The translations under genes and the position numbers were made by a program. From Azolla caroliniana (lineage: Eukaryota; Plantae; Polypodiophyta), in contig JBHGNT010000015.1 in assembly GCA_043228905.1 (NCBI GenBank), forward strand, positions 4,650,001 to 4,714,000: a DNA stretch of 64,000 nucleotides, given 5' to 3'. Below the pieces are notes generated by a model. That model was not told the DNA's origin. It saw only the letters and a list, made by a program, of their open reading frames with translations, and searched no databases. Numbering within the stretch: the first letter of the stretch is position 1; every line of letters starts with the position of its first letter. Shown piece after piece: positions 1-12,872 of this stretch.

Positions 1-834
1 TCCGTATATTTGGAGCTTGTGGGGCGGTCATCCGACTTCTTCACCATCGCGATCTTTAGATTCTCCATCTCCTTTAGCAGCTGCTCCACCGTAGACGCGT
101 CGACTCCCTTCTCGGCCGTAATCTCCCGAGCCCTCGGTTGATGGTCTTCCAATCCCGTTCTCGGTTTCGGAATCGGTTCCGAAACCCTCTTTTCTTCGTT
201 GGCAAGCCATTGCCCCCTCTTCGTGTACCGCGCGACGATATCCCGCACGCTTTCCCATGTTTCGGTGAGGCCGCTTTCAGTGGTCGTGTCCTCAAGAAGC
301 ACTCCGAGATCTTTCCGGTCCCGGACGTCCACAGCTCGCAAAAACATGATGACTTTGTCCGGTGCAAGAATAGTTTGATCTCTCGCGGACAACCTCCCGA
401 ACCGACTTTCGAATGTCGAAAACACTTCGAGGACCTTCAGCCCCTTACCTGACGTTTCCACCCAATCCTCGAATCCCCTCCGCGTTGCCTTGGAGGAGTC
501 CTCGATGGCAAACGTGGTCTTTAACGCCTCTTCGAATGCTTCCCACGTCGGATTTTGTTGTTGCAACCCGTGGATACTCCCTTGAAGCCCGTCGGTCGCC
601 ACCCGGTTAAAGGATGTCACTTGCAGTCCTTCCGAAGCCCGGCACCGGAGCATCTCCGCCTTGTAGTCCTGCAAATATCGCGACACATCCTTACCATTAA
701 ATTGCCCGTTGCGTTGCACGAGCCGCTCTACTGATGCCGAAATCTCCGACATCGTGCGTTGTTCTTGAAGCATCCGTTCGAACATCGCCATCATATTGTT
801 AGCTTGTTGAGCCTCCATCTCCTTGCCACCCGTC

Positions 835-852
835 TTCACGTCGGGTTCACCA
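835..852 (-). promoter_or_regulatory. Primer binding site complementary to the tRNA-Trp 3' end
   Basis: The plus strand reads TTCACGTCGGGTTCACCA, which matches the plant cytosolic tRNA-Trp 3' end plus CCA as I recall it. It lies 4 nt from the LTR end. Confidence 0.85.
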
Positions 853-1507
853 ACTGTGTCGTGCCTTTCGGCTCCGGATCGTTGCGTGAGTCGGGTGGGA
901 ACCACAGAGGTCTTGGACTAGGAGAAAGAAATTCGTGAGATAGAGATTAATTATGAGTAAATAGCAAAGAGAAAGATAAGAAACTCGTGAATCACACGAG
1001 TATACTATATTAATTGGTACTTAGGGTGTTAAGAGAGAAGTAGACGTATAAATCGTGAATCCCACGAATAATTTTTGTATTGATTAATCCTTAATCCAAA
1101 TAATCAACAACTCTTTACATATTTCTCTCCTCCTTATATAAGGAAGGAAGAGCTAAGCATGGCTTCATGCTTTTTTTTTACAAAAAGTGTTCATGTCCAC
1201 TAAATGTGCATGTGATGCTTTTTTATTTCCTAAGTATAGGGCTCATGCACGCTAGATGTGCATGAGTTATTTTTAGTGTCTCGTGTTTTTTCTTTTTCAT
1301 ATATTAAAGAATACACGATTTACCTTTTAATAAAGGTATGCATAAATAAAGGTCTTATACATATTAAATCTATATTTAAAGCACTTAAGATAAGTTAATG
1401 TAATGGTAAGGTTGGGGTTTGTCAACGTGGAGGTGCAGAGTTTGAATCACGCCCTGCGCAGTAGTGAGTATTTCCTTTCTTTTTACATTTATGTCTCTTT
1501 ATCCGGC

Positions 1508-1652
1508 TCTTCCTTGCCGGTATGCCGTTTTCTTCCTTGCCGGTATGCCGTTTTCCTCCTTGCCGGTATGCCGTTTTTCCTCCTTGCCGGTATGCCGTTT
1601 TCCTCCTTGCCGGTATGCCGTTTTTCCTCCTTGCCGGTATGCCGTTTTCTTC
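1508..1652. repeat. Tandem array, 6 copies of a 23-24 bp unit (TCCTTGCCGGTATGCCGTTTT(T)CY), inside U3 of the element A LTR
   Basis: Direct head-to-tail repeats with no spacers. Confidence 0.95.
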
Positions 1653-2410
1653 CGGTTCTCCCCGAGCACTCCATTCTCTATCCGGAGGGACAAAAATATA
1701 ATTTTCACATAGTGTGCAACCTACACTATGACAACGTATAATAAATAAAATAAAATATTAAAAATATTTATTACGTGCATAGGGTAGGATTCGAACCCTA
1801 TACCTCCACATCGACAAACCCCAACCTTACTGTTGTACTAACTTATCCTAAGTATTTTAAATATAGATTTAATATGTATAAAGCCTTTATTTACGCCTAC
1901 CTTTATTAAAACGAAAGTCATGCATTTTTTAGAATGCGTGAATACTTTATTTATAAGAAAAATGTACACCAATAAAAAATGACTCGTGCACATCTAGCGA
2001 GCATGAGCACTATATTTAGGAAATAAAAGCATAGTGTAAAAAGGCAACTCATGCACATTTAGTGTGCTTTAGAAAAAAGCATGAAGCTATGCTTAGCCTC
2101 TTCCATCCTTATATAAGGAGGAGAGAATGATGTATGGGGGTTGTTGCTTATTTTACAAGGGTGGATTAATATAATATAATCGTGGGATTCACGATTTTGC
2201 TAACTATTTTTCTCTTTTAATCTGAGTACTCACTAATACACTATACTCGTGGGATTCACGAGTTTTTCATATCTTTCTTTCTTACAACATATTTCATGTT
2301 CTTCATTGCCTTAGAATCTTCTTTTCTCCTAGTCCAAAACCTCAGTGGTTCCCACCCGACTCACGCAACGATCCGGAGCCGAAAGGCACAACACAAGTGG
2401 TGAACCCGAC

Positions 2411-5400
2411 ATGAACACCGGTGGCAAGGAGATGGAAAATCAACCGGAGGCTAACAACATGATGATGATGTTCAAGCGGATGCTTCAAGAACAACGTGCG
2501 ATATCGGAGATAGCGGCGGCAGTAGAGCGGCTCGTGCAACGGATCAGGCAATTCAACGGGAAGGACGTATCACGCTATCTTCGGGACTACAAGGCGGAAA
2601 TGATACGATGCGGGATTTCGGAAGGACTGCAAGTGACATCCTTCAACCGGGTAGCTACCGACGGGCTTTAAGCAAGTATCCACAGGCTATGACAACAAAA
2701 TCCGACGTGGGAAGCATTTGAAGAGCTGTTAAAGATCATGTTCTCTATCGAGGACTCCTCCAAGGCAATGCGGAGAGGATTCGAGGATTGGGTAGAAACG
2801 CCGGACAAGGGGATGAAGGTCCTCGATGTGTTTTCAGCATTCGAAAGTCGGTTTGGGAGGTTGTCTGCGAGAGATCAAGCTATCATCGCACCAGACAAAG
2901 TTATCATGTTCTTATGAGCCGTAGACGTCCGGAACCGGAAGGATCTTGGAGTGCTTCTAGAGGACACGACTACTGAGAGTGGCCTCACCGAAACATAGGA
3001 AAGCGTGCGGGATATCGTTGCGCGATACACAAAGAGGGGGCAATGGCTTGCCAACGAAGAAAAGAGGCTTTCGGAACCGATTCCGAAACCGAGATCCAAA
3101 TCAGAAAACCATCAATCGTGGGCTCGGGAAGCTACGACCGAGAAGGGAATCGACTCAACTACGGTGGAGCAGTTGCTGAAGGAGATGGAGAATCTAAAAA
3201 TCGTGATGGTGAAGAAGTCGGATGATTGTCCCACAAGTTCCAAGTATATGGACTGTCGGTGCATATGGTGCGATAGCACCGAACATGATCGGAGGGATTG
3301 CGACGAGCACAAGGAAGCCCCTCCGACTGAACTTCCGAAAAGGCGGCATGAAGAAGGTCCTAGAGGAGGAAATAACGGCAAAGAGCAATTACGCGACAAC
3401 CGCGGGAATACGTGTCGGGGAGTCATTGGGAGCAAAGGTGTCTTTTTGGCCGGAAGTGCTAGAAAACACTGAGAAAAACGACTCTAACGAGATCCAAAGC
3501 ACTGCGGAAGGCATCTGGGAAGCTACGGGATGGGAGTGCCCCGTCGATAAGAATAGCGTATACGCCCTATGTCAATTACATGAGGTGTATGTGGATGAGA
3601 AGCAGCGACGCACGGAGGATGCGGCTGGACCATCGAAGACACCGGAGAGCTGGAACTCCGACGGAAGAGGGAAAGGAAAAATGATTTCGGCATTCAAGCT
3701 CGCCTCGGACATCGAACAACAAACGGACTTGAAAAAGGTGTTCAAGGAGAGAATTCTTGACAGCCAGGTAGATTTTTCGCTTCGGGAACTACTCGGAATA
3801 GCAAAAAAAGAGTTCCATGATCTTCTTGTGGATCTCGTAAAAAGAAAAAGACAAACTACTGAGGAAAATGCGCCGATGGTGAATGCAAATACCATTCTGA
3901 TGAACGACACCGAAGTGGAGGACGAGATTCCGAATTCCCACTATACAAAGCCACACTGGGTGCGTGCAACTACAGAGACTCCGGTCCGAATCGGCAACAT
4001 CAAAGAGCCCGTGCTAGCATTGATTGATCACGGATCGGAGATCAATTTGATGTCCAAAGAGTTCTACCAGAAGGGGAAGTGGCCTATTAACACCAATCAT
4101 GGATGGAAGATCTGGGCGGCCACTAAAGCAATGGAAGATCTATTTGCGGCTTGTCCGGATGTGACGGAAGATCGGGGATGTCGAGATCGACCAAAATTTC
4201 TTCGTACAAGACGAGGTCTCACACTCAGTGATCCTCGGGCAACCCTTTCTCACGGCATCACGGATGGAGACGAAGGTGCTCGATAGCGGTGCGGCTTTTG
4301 CACGAATTCGGAGCCAAACGGAGGGAAATCCGTCCAATTCCTAACGGTGCCGGCAAATCATGAAAGGAACAAGAGAGAGCTCTTGTCCCAAACAAGGATG
4401 GATTTTTAGAGCGGACTGTTGCGGAGTGGGGAAGTGATAGTCCGAGAAGCCCTGATACCCCACATAGGAAGAAAACTCTCGGATCACAACAAGTACGAAT
4501 CGGTTCGGATGGGGCATCTACATACACAGCCGTAACCGGAGGAATGAAGAAAGAATACCGAAAAGTGGAGGATAAGTTATGGTCGGCATCGATAATAAAA
4601 TAAGATGAAGAAATCGTGGGAATAGTTGAAGAAATGTTCTATGGAAGCACGCTACAACGGCTTGAAGAGCTCGCGAAAGATACAAGCCAGGGAGACCGGG
4701 TAGTCCCGGTGGAATCGGTCGAGATGTACGAGATCATTGTGAAAATGGGGCCGGATGCGCTCCGCAAAGAAGAAGCAATGGTAAGTACGAAATACAGGAC
4801 CGTGGAGAAGAAGGTGAAACCGGCCGCGGGACCACTACCCACCGATAGCGAACAAAAGAGGAAAGAAGTCTCGGGAGATCCAACACTTCAGAAGTCCGTG
4901 GATATTTCTCGGGAGCCTTCACGGATGAGACCCGGAAGAAACTTTGGATCGGTGGAGGTGGTTTCCTTTTACAAAATGAAGAAGAACGATTCCGAGGGAT
5001 GTTGAAACAACATGGGGAAGCATTTGCATTCACATCGAGGGAGATAGGGTGCGTTGATCCGAAGATAGTGGAGCCGATGGTGATCTTCACGATTGACCAT
5101 GTGTTGTGGAACCTGAAGCCGATTCCGGTGCCACGGGCGCATATTCCGAAAGTCATCGACTTGCTCAAGGAGAAGGTGGCGATGGGGATTCTAGAGACAT
5201 CAAACGCTCCGTACTCAAATCGATGGTTTACAGTTCCGAAGAAGAATGGGTCACTCCGATTTATTCAAGATTTGCAACCGGTGAACAAGGTCACGATCCG
5301 GAACTCCGGAGTCGGTCCGATAGTGGACGAATTTGCGGAAGCATTTGTCGGTCGCGCGATATACTCCATCGGAGACCTATACTCCGGATATGACCAATTC

Positions 5401-7849
5401 CAACTAGCCGTGGAGAGCCGAGACATCACTACCATGCGGACACCGATAGGATTAGTCTGTATGTGCACACTACCACAAGGCGCAACAAACTCGGTCGCAC
5501 ATATGATGAATGCAATGAACAAGGTGCTCCGGGACTGCATTCCGGAGATAACGATGCCGTTCCTAGATGACATTCCAATGAAAGGATGCGCGGTAGAAGA
5601 AAAAGATGAAACTATGGATGATCGGGGATGCCGAAAGTTCGTAGTCGACCATATTCATGATTGCGAGAAAGTGCTTCGAAAATTAGAAGATGTGCACCTA
5701 ACACTTTCCAGTGAGAAATCGACATTCGGGCAAGAAGAAATATTGGTAGTCGGACATCTATGTGGGCCCTACGGCCGAAGACCGTCACCAACCAAGATCG
5801 ATGCGATTCAAGCTATGAAAGAAGTATACGAGTCACAATCCGAAGTCCGAAGGTTTCTTGGAGCATGTGCGTTCTATCACATATGGATTCCGCACTATGC
5901 ACATATTGCGGACCCACTCTATCACTTGTTGCGGAAGGGTAAGAAGTTCGAATGGAAACCGGAGCATACCAAAGCCGTGAAGAAGCTCAAGAAATCACTA
6001 TGGAGGGCAAAAGCACTAAAGAAGCCGAACTATGACTGACCAATCATAGTAACGGTTGACACAAGTCCAACCGGAATCGGATGGGTCATCAATCAAGCCG
6101 ACTCGGATGGTTCGCGATATCCAATCCGATTCGGAGCAAAGGTTCTCAACGAGAGGCAACGCGGATATGCACAAGTCAAAAGAGAATTATGGGGAGTTGT
6201 GTCGACAATCAAATCAGATCGAGATTATTTGATTGGAGCCAAAGTAGTGATCGAAACAGATTGTCTTCCAATACTCGGGATGATGCGGTGTTGCACGATA
6301 CTGGATGTAGCTATGCTAAGATGGATTGCATATGTTAAGTCGCTTAATCTGGAGGTATGACACATCTCCGGAAAAGACAACGCGGTAGCGGATATGCTAT
6401 CAAGGGCACGGTTCGGAGATGACATAACCGAATCCGATAATGAAGAAGTTTCCGAAGACTACTTTGCTTCGGAGCACATATGCCGGGTGAATGTAATCCG
6501 AGAATTCTGGGAAGAAGAATACGAGAGAGAAAGCTTGCTGATCGGGAAAGTGCTACAAGAAATCGAGGAATCATCGAACAATAAAGAGAAGAGAGCCGAG
6601 ATCCGAAGTAAGAAGCGGCAAGTCCGAAAGTTCTTCTTGAGAAATGGATTAATATGGAGGGAGCCGAAAAGACCGGATGGCATACCACTTCGGGTAGTTG
6701 GGACGAAAGAGCAATGAAACCGGATAATGTCCAAATTTCACAAATCCGATTGGGCTGGACATTGAGGAACGTGGGCAACTTTTGTGAAAATCAAACAAAA
6801 ATATTGGTGGAAGAACATGTACAAAGATATAGCGGAGTTCACGGAAAGCTGCGAGAAGTGTCAAATCTACTCCGGAGTTCGACACCAAGATGAGTTACAT
6901 CCAACATTCTCATCGACAATCAACTTCAAATGGATGGTCGATATTGTAACCATGCCAACAGGAATCAGACAAAAGAAGTACTTGGTGTTAGCTCGGGAAG
7001 ATCTCATAAACCAAGTAGAAGGTCGGCCGTTACGAAGGAAAACATGTTCTGTAGCATGCCAATTTCTTTTGGAGGAGGTGTTTTGCAGGTACGGGTGCGT
7101 AGGACAAGTGATTGTGGATCGGGGAGAACTCGACTCTAATAAAGCTAAGGAATTCTTCACCAAACATAGAGTTCGGTTAACACTGACAACGACATACAAT
7201 CCGGAAGCCAACGGGAAGATCGAACGAGGACATAGTCCGATCGTCAAAGCACTTGCGAAGGCATGCGATGGAAGGGTGAAGGATTGGCCGCAGATGCTTC
7301 TGTATGCACTATGGGCGGATCGGACGACGCATAGCTCCGTAACCGATTACATGCCGGTAGAACTCATGATTGGACAAGAACCGGTGATGCCAATGGAAAC
7401 CGCGATCGCGACATGGACAGTGCTACCGTGGAAGGAAGAGATGAGCCGGGAAGAACTACTAGCGGTCCGGATATGACAACTAGAGGGAAGACCAGAAGAC
7501 ATAGCGGAAGCAATACACCGACAACAAGAAGCGCGATTCCGGAATAAAAGTCGGTTCGACACAAAGCACCGACTACGACCGCGGAAGATTGAAGAAGGAT
7601 ATTGGGTGATTGTCTATGACAGTAGTTTGGATCATCAACATACAAACGATGTGGAAGTTCGCGAAAAGGTGGTTCGGGCCATACGAGGTTCGGAAAGTTT
7701 TCGACAACGGAACTTACCGACTATGCGAGTTGGATGGAACGATGCTACAAGTGCCTATAGCCGGGAAACGGGTGAAGATTTTCAAGAAGCGGAGTGATGA
7801 AGAACCCTATGTGATCCTAGACAAGACCGACAAACGAAGATCGCGGTGA
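2411..7849 (+). pseudogene. Disrupted gag-pol of element B
   Basis: CCHC knuckle CIWCDSTEHDRRDC, protease ALIDHGSEIN, RT LPQGATNS...FLDD, RNase H, integrase core (VDRGE...YNPEANGKIER) and C-terminal WFGPY. Multiple stops and frameshifts. Confidence 0.9.
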
Positions 7850-7987
7850 TGCGGGAAACGAAGAAAGTGGATTACAACTCATAGTCGACTTAAGGGGAGA
7901 ATCGGAGGAAGCTTCGGATGAAGGTGAATAGCAAGCATCGGGGACTTCGGCACATACCGGAGGATGTGCGGGTTCGGAGGGGGCGAG

Positions 7988-8706
7988 TGTCGTAGTGTGA
8001 ATCACACACTACGTGAAATATGTAAAATACTATATCTGATTTAAAGTACGTATAATAAATAAAATAAAATATTAAAAATATTTATTACATGCATAGGGCA
8101 GGATTCGAACCCTGTACCTCCACGTAGACAAACCCCAACTTACCATTGTACTAACTTAGCCTAAGTATTTTAAATATAGATTTAATACGTATAAGACCTT
8201 TATTTACGCCTACCTTTATTAAAACTAAAGTCATGCATTTTTTAGAATGCGTGAATACTTTATTTATAAGAAAAATGTACACCAATAAAAAATGACTCGT
8301 GCACATCTAGCGAGCATGAGCACTATATTTCGGAAATAAAAGCATAGTGTAAAAAGGCAACTCATGCACATTTAGTGTGCTTTAGAAAAAAGCATGAAGC
8401 TATGCTTAACCTCTTCCATCCTTATATAAGGAGGAGAGAATGATGTATGGGGGTTGTTGCTTATTTTACAAGGGTGGATTAATATAATATAATTGTGGGA
8501 TTCACGAATTTGCTAACTATTTTTTTCTCTTAATCTGAGTACTCACTAATACACTATACTCGTGGGATTCACGAGTTTTTCATATCTTTCTTTCTTACAA
8601 CATATTTCATATTCTTCATTGCCTTAGAATCTTCTTTTCTCCTAGTCCAAAACCTTAGTGGTTCCCACCCAACTCATTCAATGATCCGGAGCCGAAAGGC
8701 ACGACA
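7988..8706 (+). repeat. Intact 3' LTR of element B (719 bp)
   Basis: TG...CA ends with a 6-bp terminal inverted repeat, preceded by a PPT, with a TATATAA box at ~8423. Confidence 0.95.
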
Positions 8707-11700
8707 ACGTTGCGCACACTGAAGGTGTTCCTTGGTAGGTCACGCCATGAACAGACTAATCACCCCGTTCGGGTAGCTGAAATCTGGTCGGGTGATGGTC
8801 AAGTATATAAGGCTTCAGACTATCTGTCGGAACCTCGTCGGGTCGCATACCTTTCCGGAATCTATCCAGAGGAGTCAAGACGGACTTACAGTTTGCCATC
8901 CCGAATTTGAAGAGCATACTCATCACATAATATCGTTGCCTGATCAGTATGCCTTCGGGGGTGTGGACCACTTCGATCCCGAGGAAGTAAAGAAGGTCCC
9001 CCAGATCCTTCATGTCGAATGATGCCGCAAGCTGGAGCTTCATGTAGTCAACCTCACCTAGGTCGGCGCCGGTGATGACCAAGTCATTAACATAAAGTAA
9101 AATGCTAACCGGCCCAAGTTGACCTTTCCGGATAAAAAGTGAGGAGTTCGATTTTGACGTCGCAAAGCCCATCCAACGCAATCGTTGCGTGATCTTCGCG
9201 TTCCAGGCACGAGGGGCTTGCTTTAGTCCGTAAAGGGACTTCTTCAACCGGCACACCGCCAAGGTGTTCGTTCCGGAGTGAAATCCGGGGGGTTGTACCA
9301 TGTACACCTGTTCCTCAAGCGCACCTTACAAGAACGTATTCTTTACATCCATCTGATGTAAGTGCCACCCCTTCGCCGCAGTTACTGCGAGCAAAACGTG
9401 GACGATCATCATCTTCGCGACCGATGCAAACGTCTCATCGTAGTCGATGTCATGTTGCTGCGCGTAGCCTTTCGCTACTAACCGGGCCTTGTATCGGTTG
9501 ACCGAGCCATCAGTGTTGTACTTGACCTTGTATACCCACCTACATCCGATCAGTGTCACACCTTTCGGTGCATCAATCAGGTTCCAGGTTTCATTTTCCG
9601 CCAATGCGCGCATCTCTTCCTCCATTGCGGCATGCCAATTCGCATCCTTCGCCGCTTCTGCGTAGCTCTCCAGCTCACGCACTTCCGCTACACAGGTCAT
9701 GTACGCATAATGATGCACCATATACTCATTATATCCGAACCGCACGACAAGGTTCTTCTGGCAGGTAGATCGGCGTAATTGCTCATTAGCCGATGTTGAG
9801 GCTTTCTTAGCCGACATGAACTTCGCTCTTGAAGACCCGTCATCACTTCCCTCAGAATCGGACTCGCGTTGATCCGACTCGTTCCTATCCATGCCGTAAT
9901 CCGACACCTTCTTCTTCCCTTTTTCCTTGCGCGTAAGCTGTCTCCTCGGCTTCTTGCGCGGGGAATGCACGACCGAGTCTCCACTACTCGCCGGCTCTTT
10001 TTTTGGATTGGTCAAACCGACCTAGTCGCTCGTTCGGTCCACTTAGTCGAAATGAAATCGGACTCTCATCGAGGGTCTTGATTTCGCGGTCATCCGGAGG
10101 CATTCCAGCCTCGCTGACCTCATCATCAGAACTCGGGTCCGGAGATCTGGAGTTGGAGTTGAGGTCCGGAGTCGGAGGTAAGTACCAGGACGCGGACTCG
10201 TCAAACACAACATCGCGGCTCACACGAGCTTGTTTGGTTCAGGGGTTATAACACTTATAACCCTTCTGTTCGTCCAAATAGCCGACTAAGATACACTTCT
10301 CAGCTTTAGCATCCAAATTCCTCTATTCCTCCTTCGGCACATGCACATACATAATGCTACTGAAAACTCTCAAGTGTCGTAGATTTGGCTTCCTTCCGAA
10401 ATACAACTCATGCGTCGACACTGTCTCCGATCTGATTCTGGATGTACACCACGCGGTTCGTACCGCCTCGTCCCAATAGAACTTGGGCAAGCTCTTTTCT
10501 TCCAGCATTGCCCGCGCCGCTTCGACAATCGACCGATTTTTCCTTTCAGTCGCACCGTTTTGCTCCGACGTATATTTGCAACTGAATTCGCTCTGAATTC
10601 CCATCTGTTGCAGATACCCGTTGAATTGACTGGAAAAGTACTCTTTTCTGCCATCTGACTGCAGGCACTTGATCTTTCTTCTTGTTTCCCTTTCGACGAA
10701 ACTCTTGAGGTCCCGGAAACAGTCAAAGACTTCACTCTTCTTCTCAATGAGGTAGATCCACGTGTGTCATGTATAGTCATCGATGAAGGAAACGAAATAG
10801 CGACTCCTGCCAAGACTAACGTTCTGTGCCGGCTCCCATACATCGGAATGTATCAAGTTGAGCTTGTTCTGGCTCCGGTTACACTCGTTAGGGAAAGGAA
10901 GTCGGTGTTGCTTCCCTAGCTGGTAGGCTTCACAAATTTGTGCCTTCTGGCCACTAAATTTGGGCAATCCGAACACCACCTGTTTCGATTGCATGTCTTG
11001 AAGCTGTTGATAGTTGACGTGGCCTATCCACTTGTGCCATAGGTCGATATCTGACTCGACTTTTTGTCCTTTCGCGAACATTGCAGGGTCACCGTCACTA
11101 GAGTCGAGGATAAACATCCTCCCGTCTCTGCGCCCTTGCGGGATAACTCGGCCTTCTTCCTCGATGAAGCACCCGAGATGTGTGAACCGAACTTGCATCC
11201 CCTGGTCGACAATTTGCCCGACCGACACCAGATTCTTCGTGATTGTCGGGACGTGTAACACGTTCATGAGTTTCCCTTTCTGCCCGACATGACTAAGGGG
11301 AACTTCACCGACATTTGCAATCGGATGCGGAGTGTCGTCTCCGGTTGCGACTACTCCCAATTGCATCGGTTTCTCAAGGTATGAAAACCACTCCTTGTGG
11401 CACGTCATGTGGTTCGATGCGCCGGAGTCGACGTACCACACCTCGTCCGATTTCAGGGTGGACTTCTTCATCGAGTTCGCTTCGTGTTTCGTCACGAAGG
11501 CTGACCCTTTTTCGGCTTTTCCGGATCCTTCGGCATAGTGCGATCACTGCCGATTACCCTTGTCGATTTGTCCAGAATCTGATCCGGATCCAGTCCTCTC
11601 CGAATCGGCACGCTTCTTCCAGCACTCGCTCTCCTTGTGGCCTTTCTTGCCACAGTACCAGCATTCCGCGATGGGTTTCCCTTGCAGGTTCTCGTCACCT

Positions 11701-12872
11701 CGACTCCCCCTGTTTCCGGAGGGTCCGGAATTATTGTCAACATCACTTTGGTGCCTCCTTCCTTGGTCCTGTCGGCCGCTTCCATTGCGCACCGACTTGC
11801 CTCGTCCGCCACGACCACGGGGCCTATCTCCCTCCGTGTACAACATCTTGTTGTCGACATGCGTGCTCATCGACACACCCCCGTGGTTCTCCTCTATAAG
11901 GAGCATCGACTTTAGGTCGAAAAACGACTACGTATTCTCCCGTGTACACACATCAATTCAGAACGCTCCGAACTTCGATGCCAGTCCCCCGAGACAGATC
12001 TGCACCATCTCTCCTTTCTTGACGTTCACATCGATAGAGGCTAAGGAGTTGCATATCTCTTTGATCTTCGAGGTGTAATCAGCCATCGACAAGTCGTGTT
12101 GTCATAAGTTGCTCAGCTCCTATCGGAGTTGAAGCTTCTTGGTTGTGGTGCTTGCGGCAAAAATCTTCTTCAGATTTCCCCAAGCATCTTTCGGCATTTT
12201 CGCATCCCAAATATAGCTCAGAAGTTGTTCGCCCACACAAGACACAAAGCAATAGAGAACTCTGCTCGCTGACTGTTCCCGAGCCGGGAAGTCTTTGTGT
12301 GTCAAATCGGGTGTTGTGTCATTTGCTCTGTTGACATAGCTCCAGTAACCATGCCCGAGTAGGGACTGGCGCATCTTGTAAGACCAAGACGCATAGTTGT
12401 TTCTGTCGAGCTTCTCTGTCGGAAGCGAGCTAGCCATGCCTCTATCCATTTGTTTTTCCTGTTCATTGTGAAGGTTAGGTTTTCTTTCTCGAGCTAAGGT
12501 CGGCCGCAGAGGTTCTCAACCCTCACGCTTTGATACCATGTAAAATGAATAGCGTGCGAAAGCAATAGAAAACCGAACACAGAAACGCCGGTTTAATGGA
12601 GAGCTTGAATATACACAATACACGGGAGAGACAGACAGAGAGAGGGAATGCACACAAAAACTCAATTAAAAAATAATACTCGGTCTATACATAGGATGTG
12701 CTCAGTGACAAAAGTACTGACACGTACTTCAATGCTCATAAGTGAGCTCTACACTAACTCCCAAAATATATTCCTACGCGGAATATCTTTCCAACGGCCT
12801 CGCGGTTTACACACTGTTACGACATCTCGTTGCGTACTGGTTTGCATAATAGTTTACGCACCCAGTTTACGT
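8707..12872 (-). mobile_element. Ty1/copia LTR retrotransposon (element C), degenerate; cut in RT by element B and in its 5' LTR by element D
   Basis: Gag (KLDRNNYASW), knuckle CWYCGKKGHKESEC, protease WYVDSGASNH, GAG-pre-INT LWHKWIGH, integrase, RT (KARLVAKG, KSLYGLKQAPRAW). iMet PBS TGGTATCAAAGC at 12527-12538; LTR starts at 12539. Confidence 0.93.

Larger units (their letters stand above)
1..1733 (-). mobile_element. Ty3/gypsy LTR retrotransposon (element A), 5' part: 5' LTR 857-1733, tRNA-Trp PBS, gag fragment; runs off the window
   Basis: On the minus strand the LTR runs TGTCATAG...GCACGACA and is followed by a PBS. 1-930 is an inverted homolog of 2330-3230 (gag of element B). Confidence 0.9.
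1734..8706 (+). mobile_element. Near full-length non-chromovirus Ty3/gypsy (element B; Phygy/Selgy-like by inference), 5' LTR interrupted by element A
   Basis: 5' LTR remnant 1734-2393 and 3' LTR 7988-8706 (TGTCGT...ACGACA) differ at about 25 positions over ~660 nt by eye. PBS TGGTGAACCCGACATGAA at 2398-2415, PPT GGAGGGGGCGAG at 7976-7987. Domain order gag-PR-RT-RH-INT. Confidence 0.95.

Noticed and set aside
1508-1652. CRISPR-like array
   Set aside because: Head-to-tail repeats with no unique spacers, no cas genes, and a eukaryotic LTR context.
8089-8160. Functional tRNA genes at the A/B-box sites
   Set aside because: No pairing acceptor stem or proper anticodon arm at any of the six sites; reported as LTR cassettes instead.
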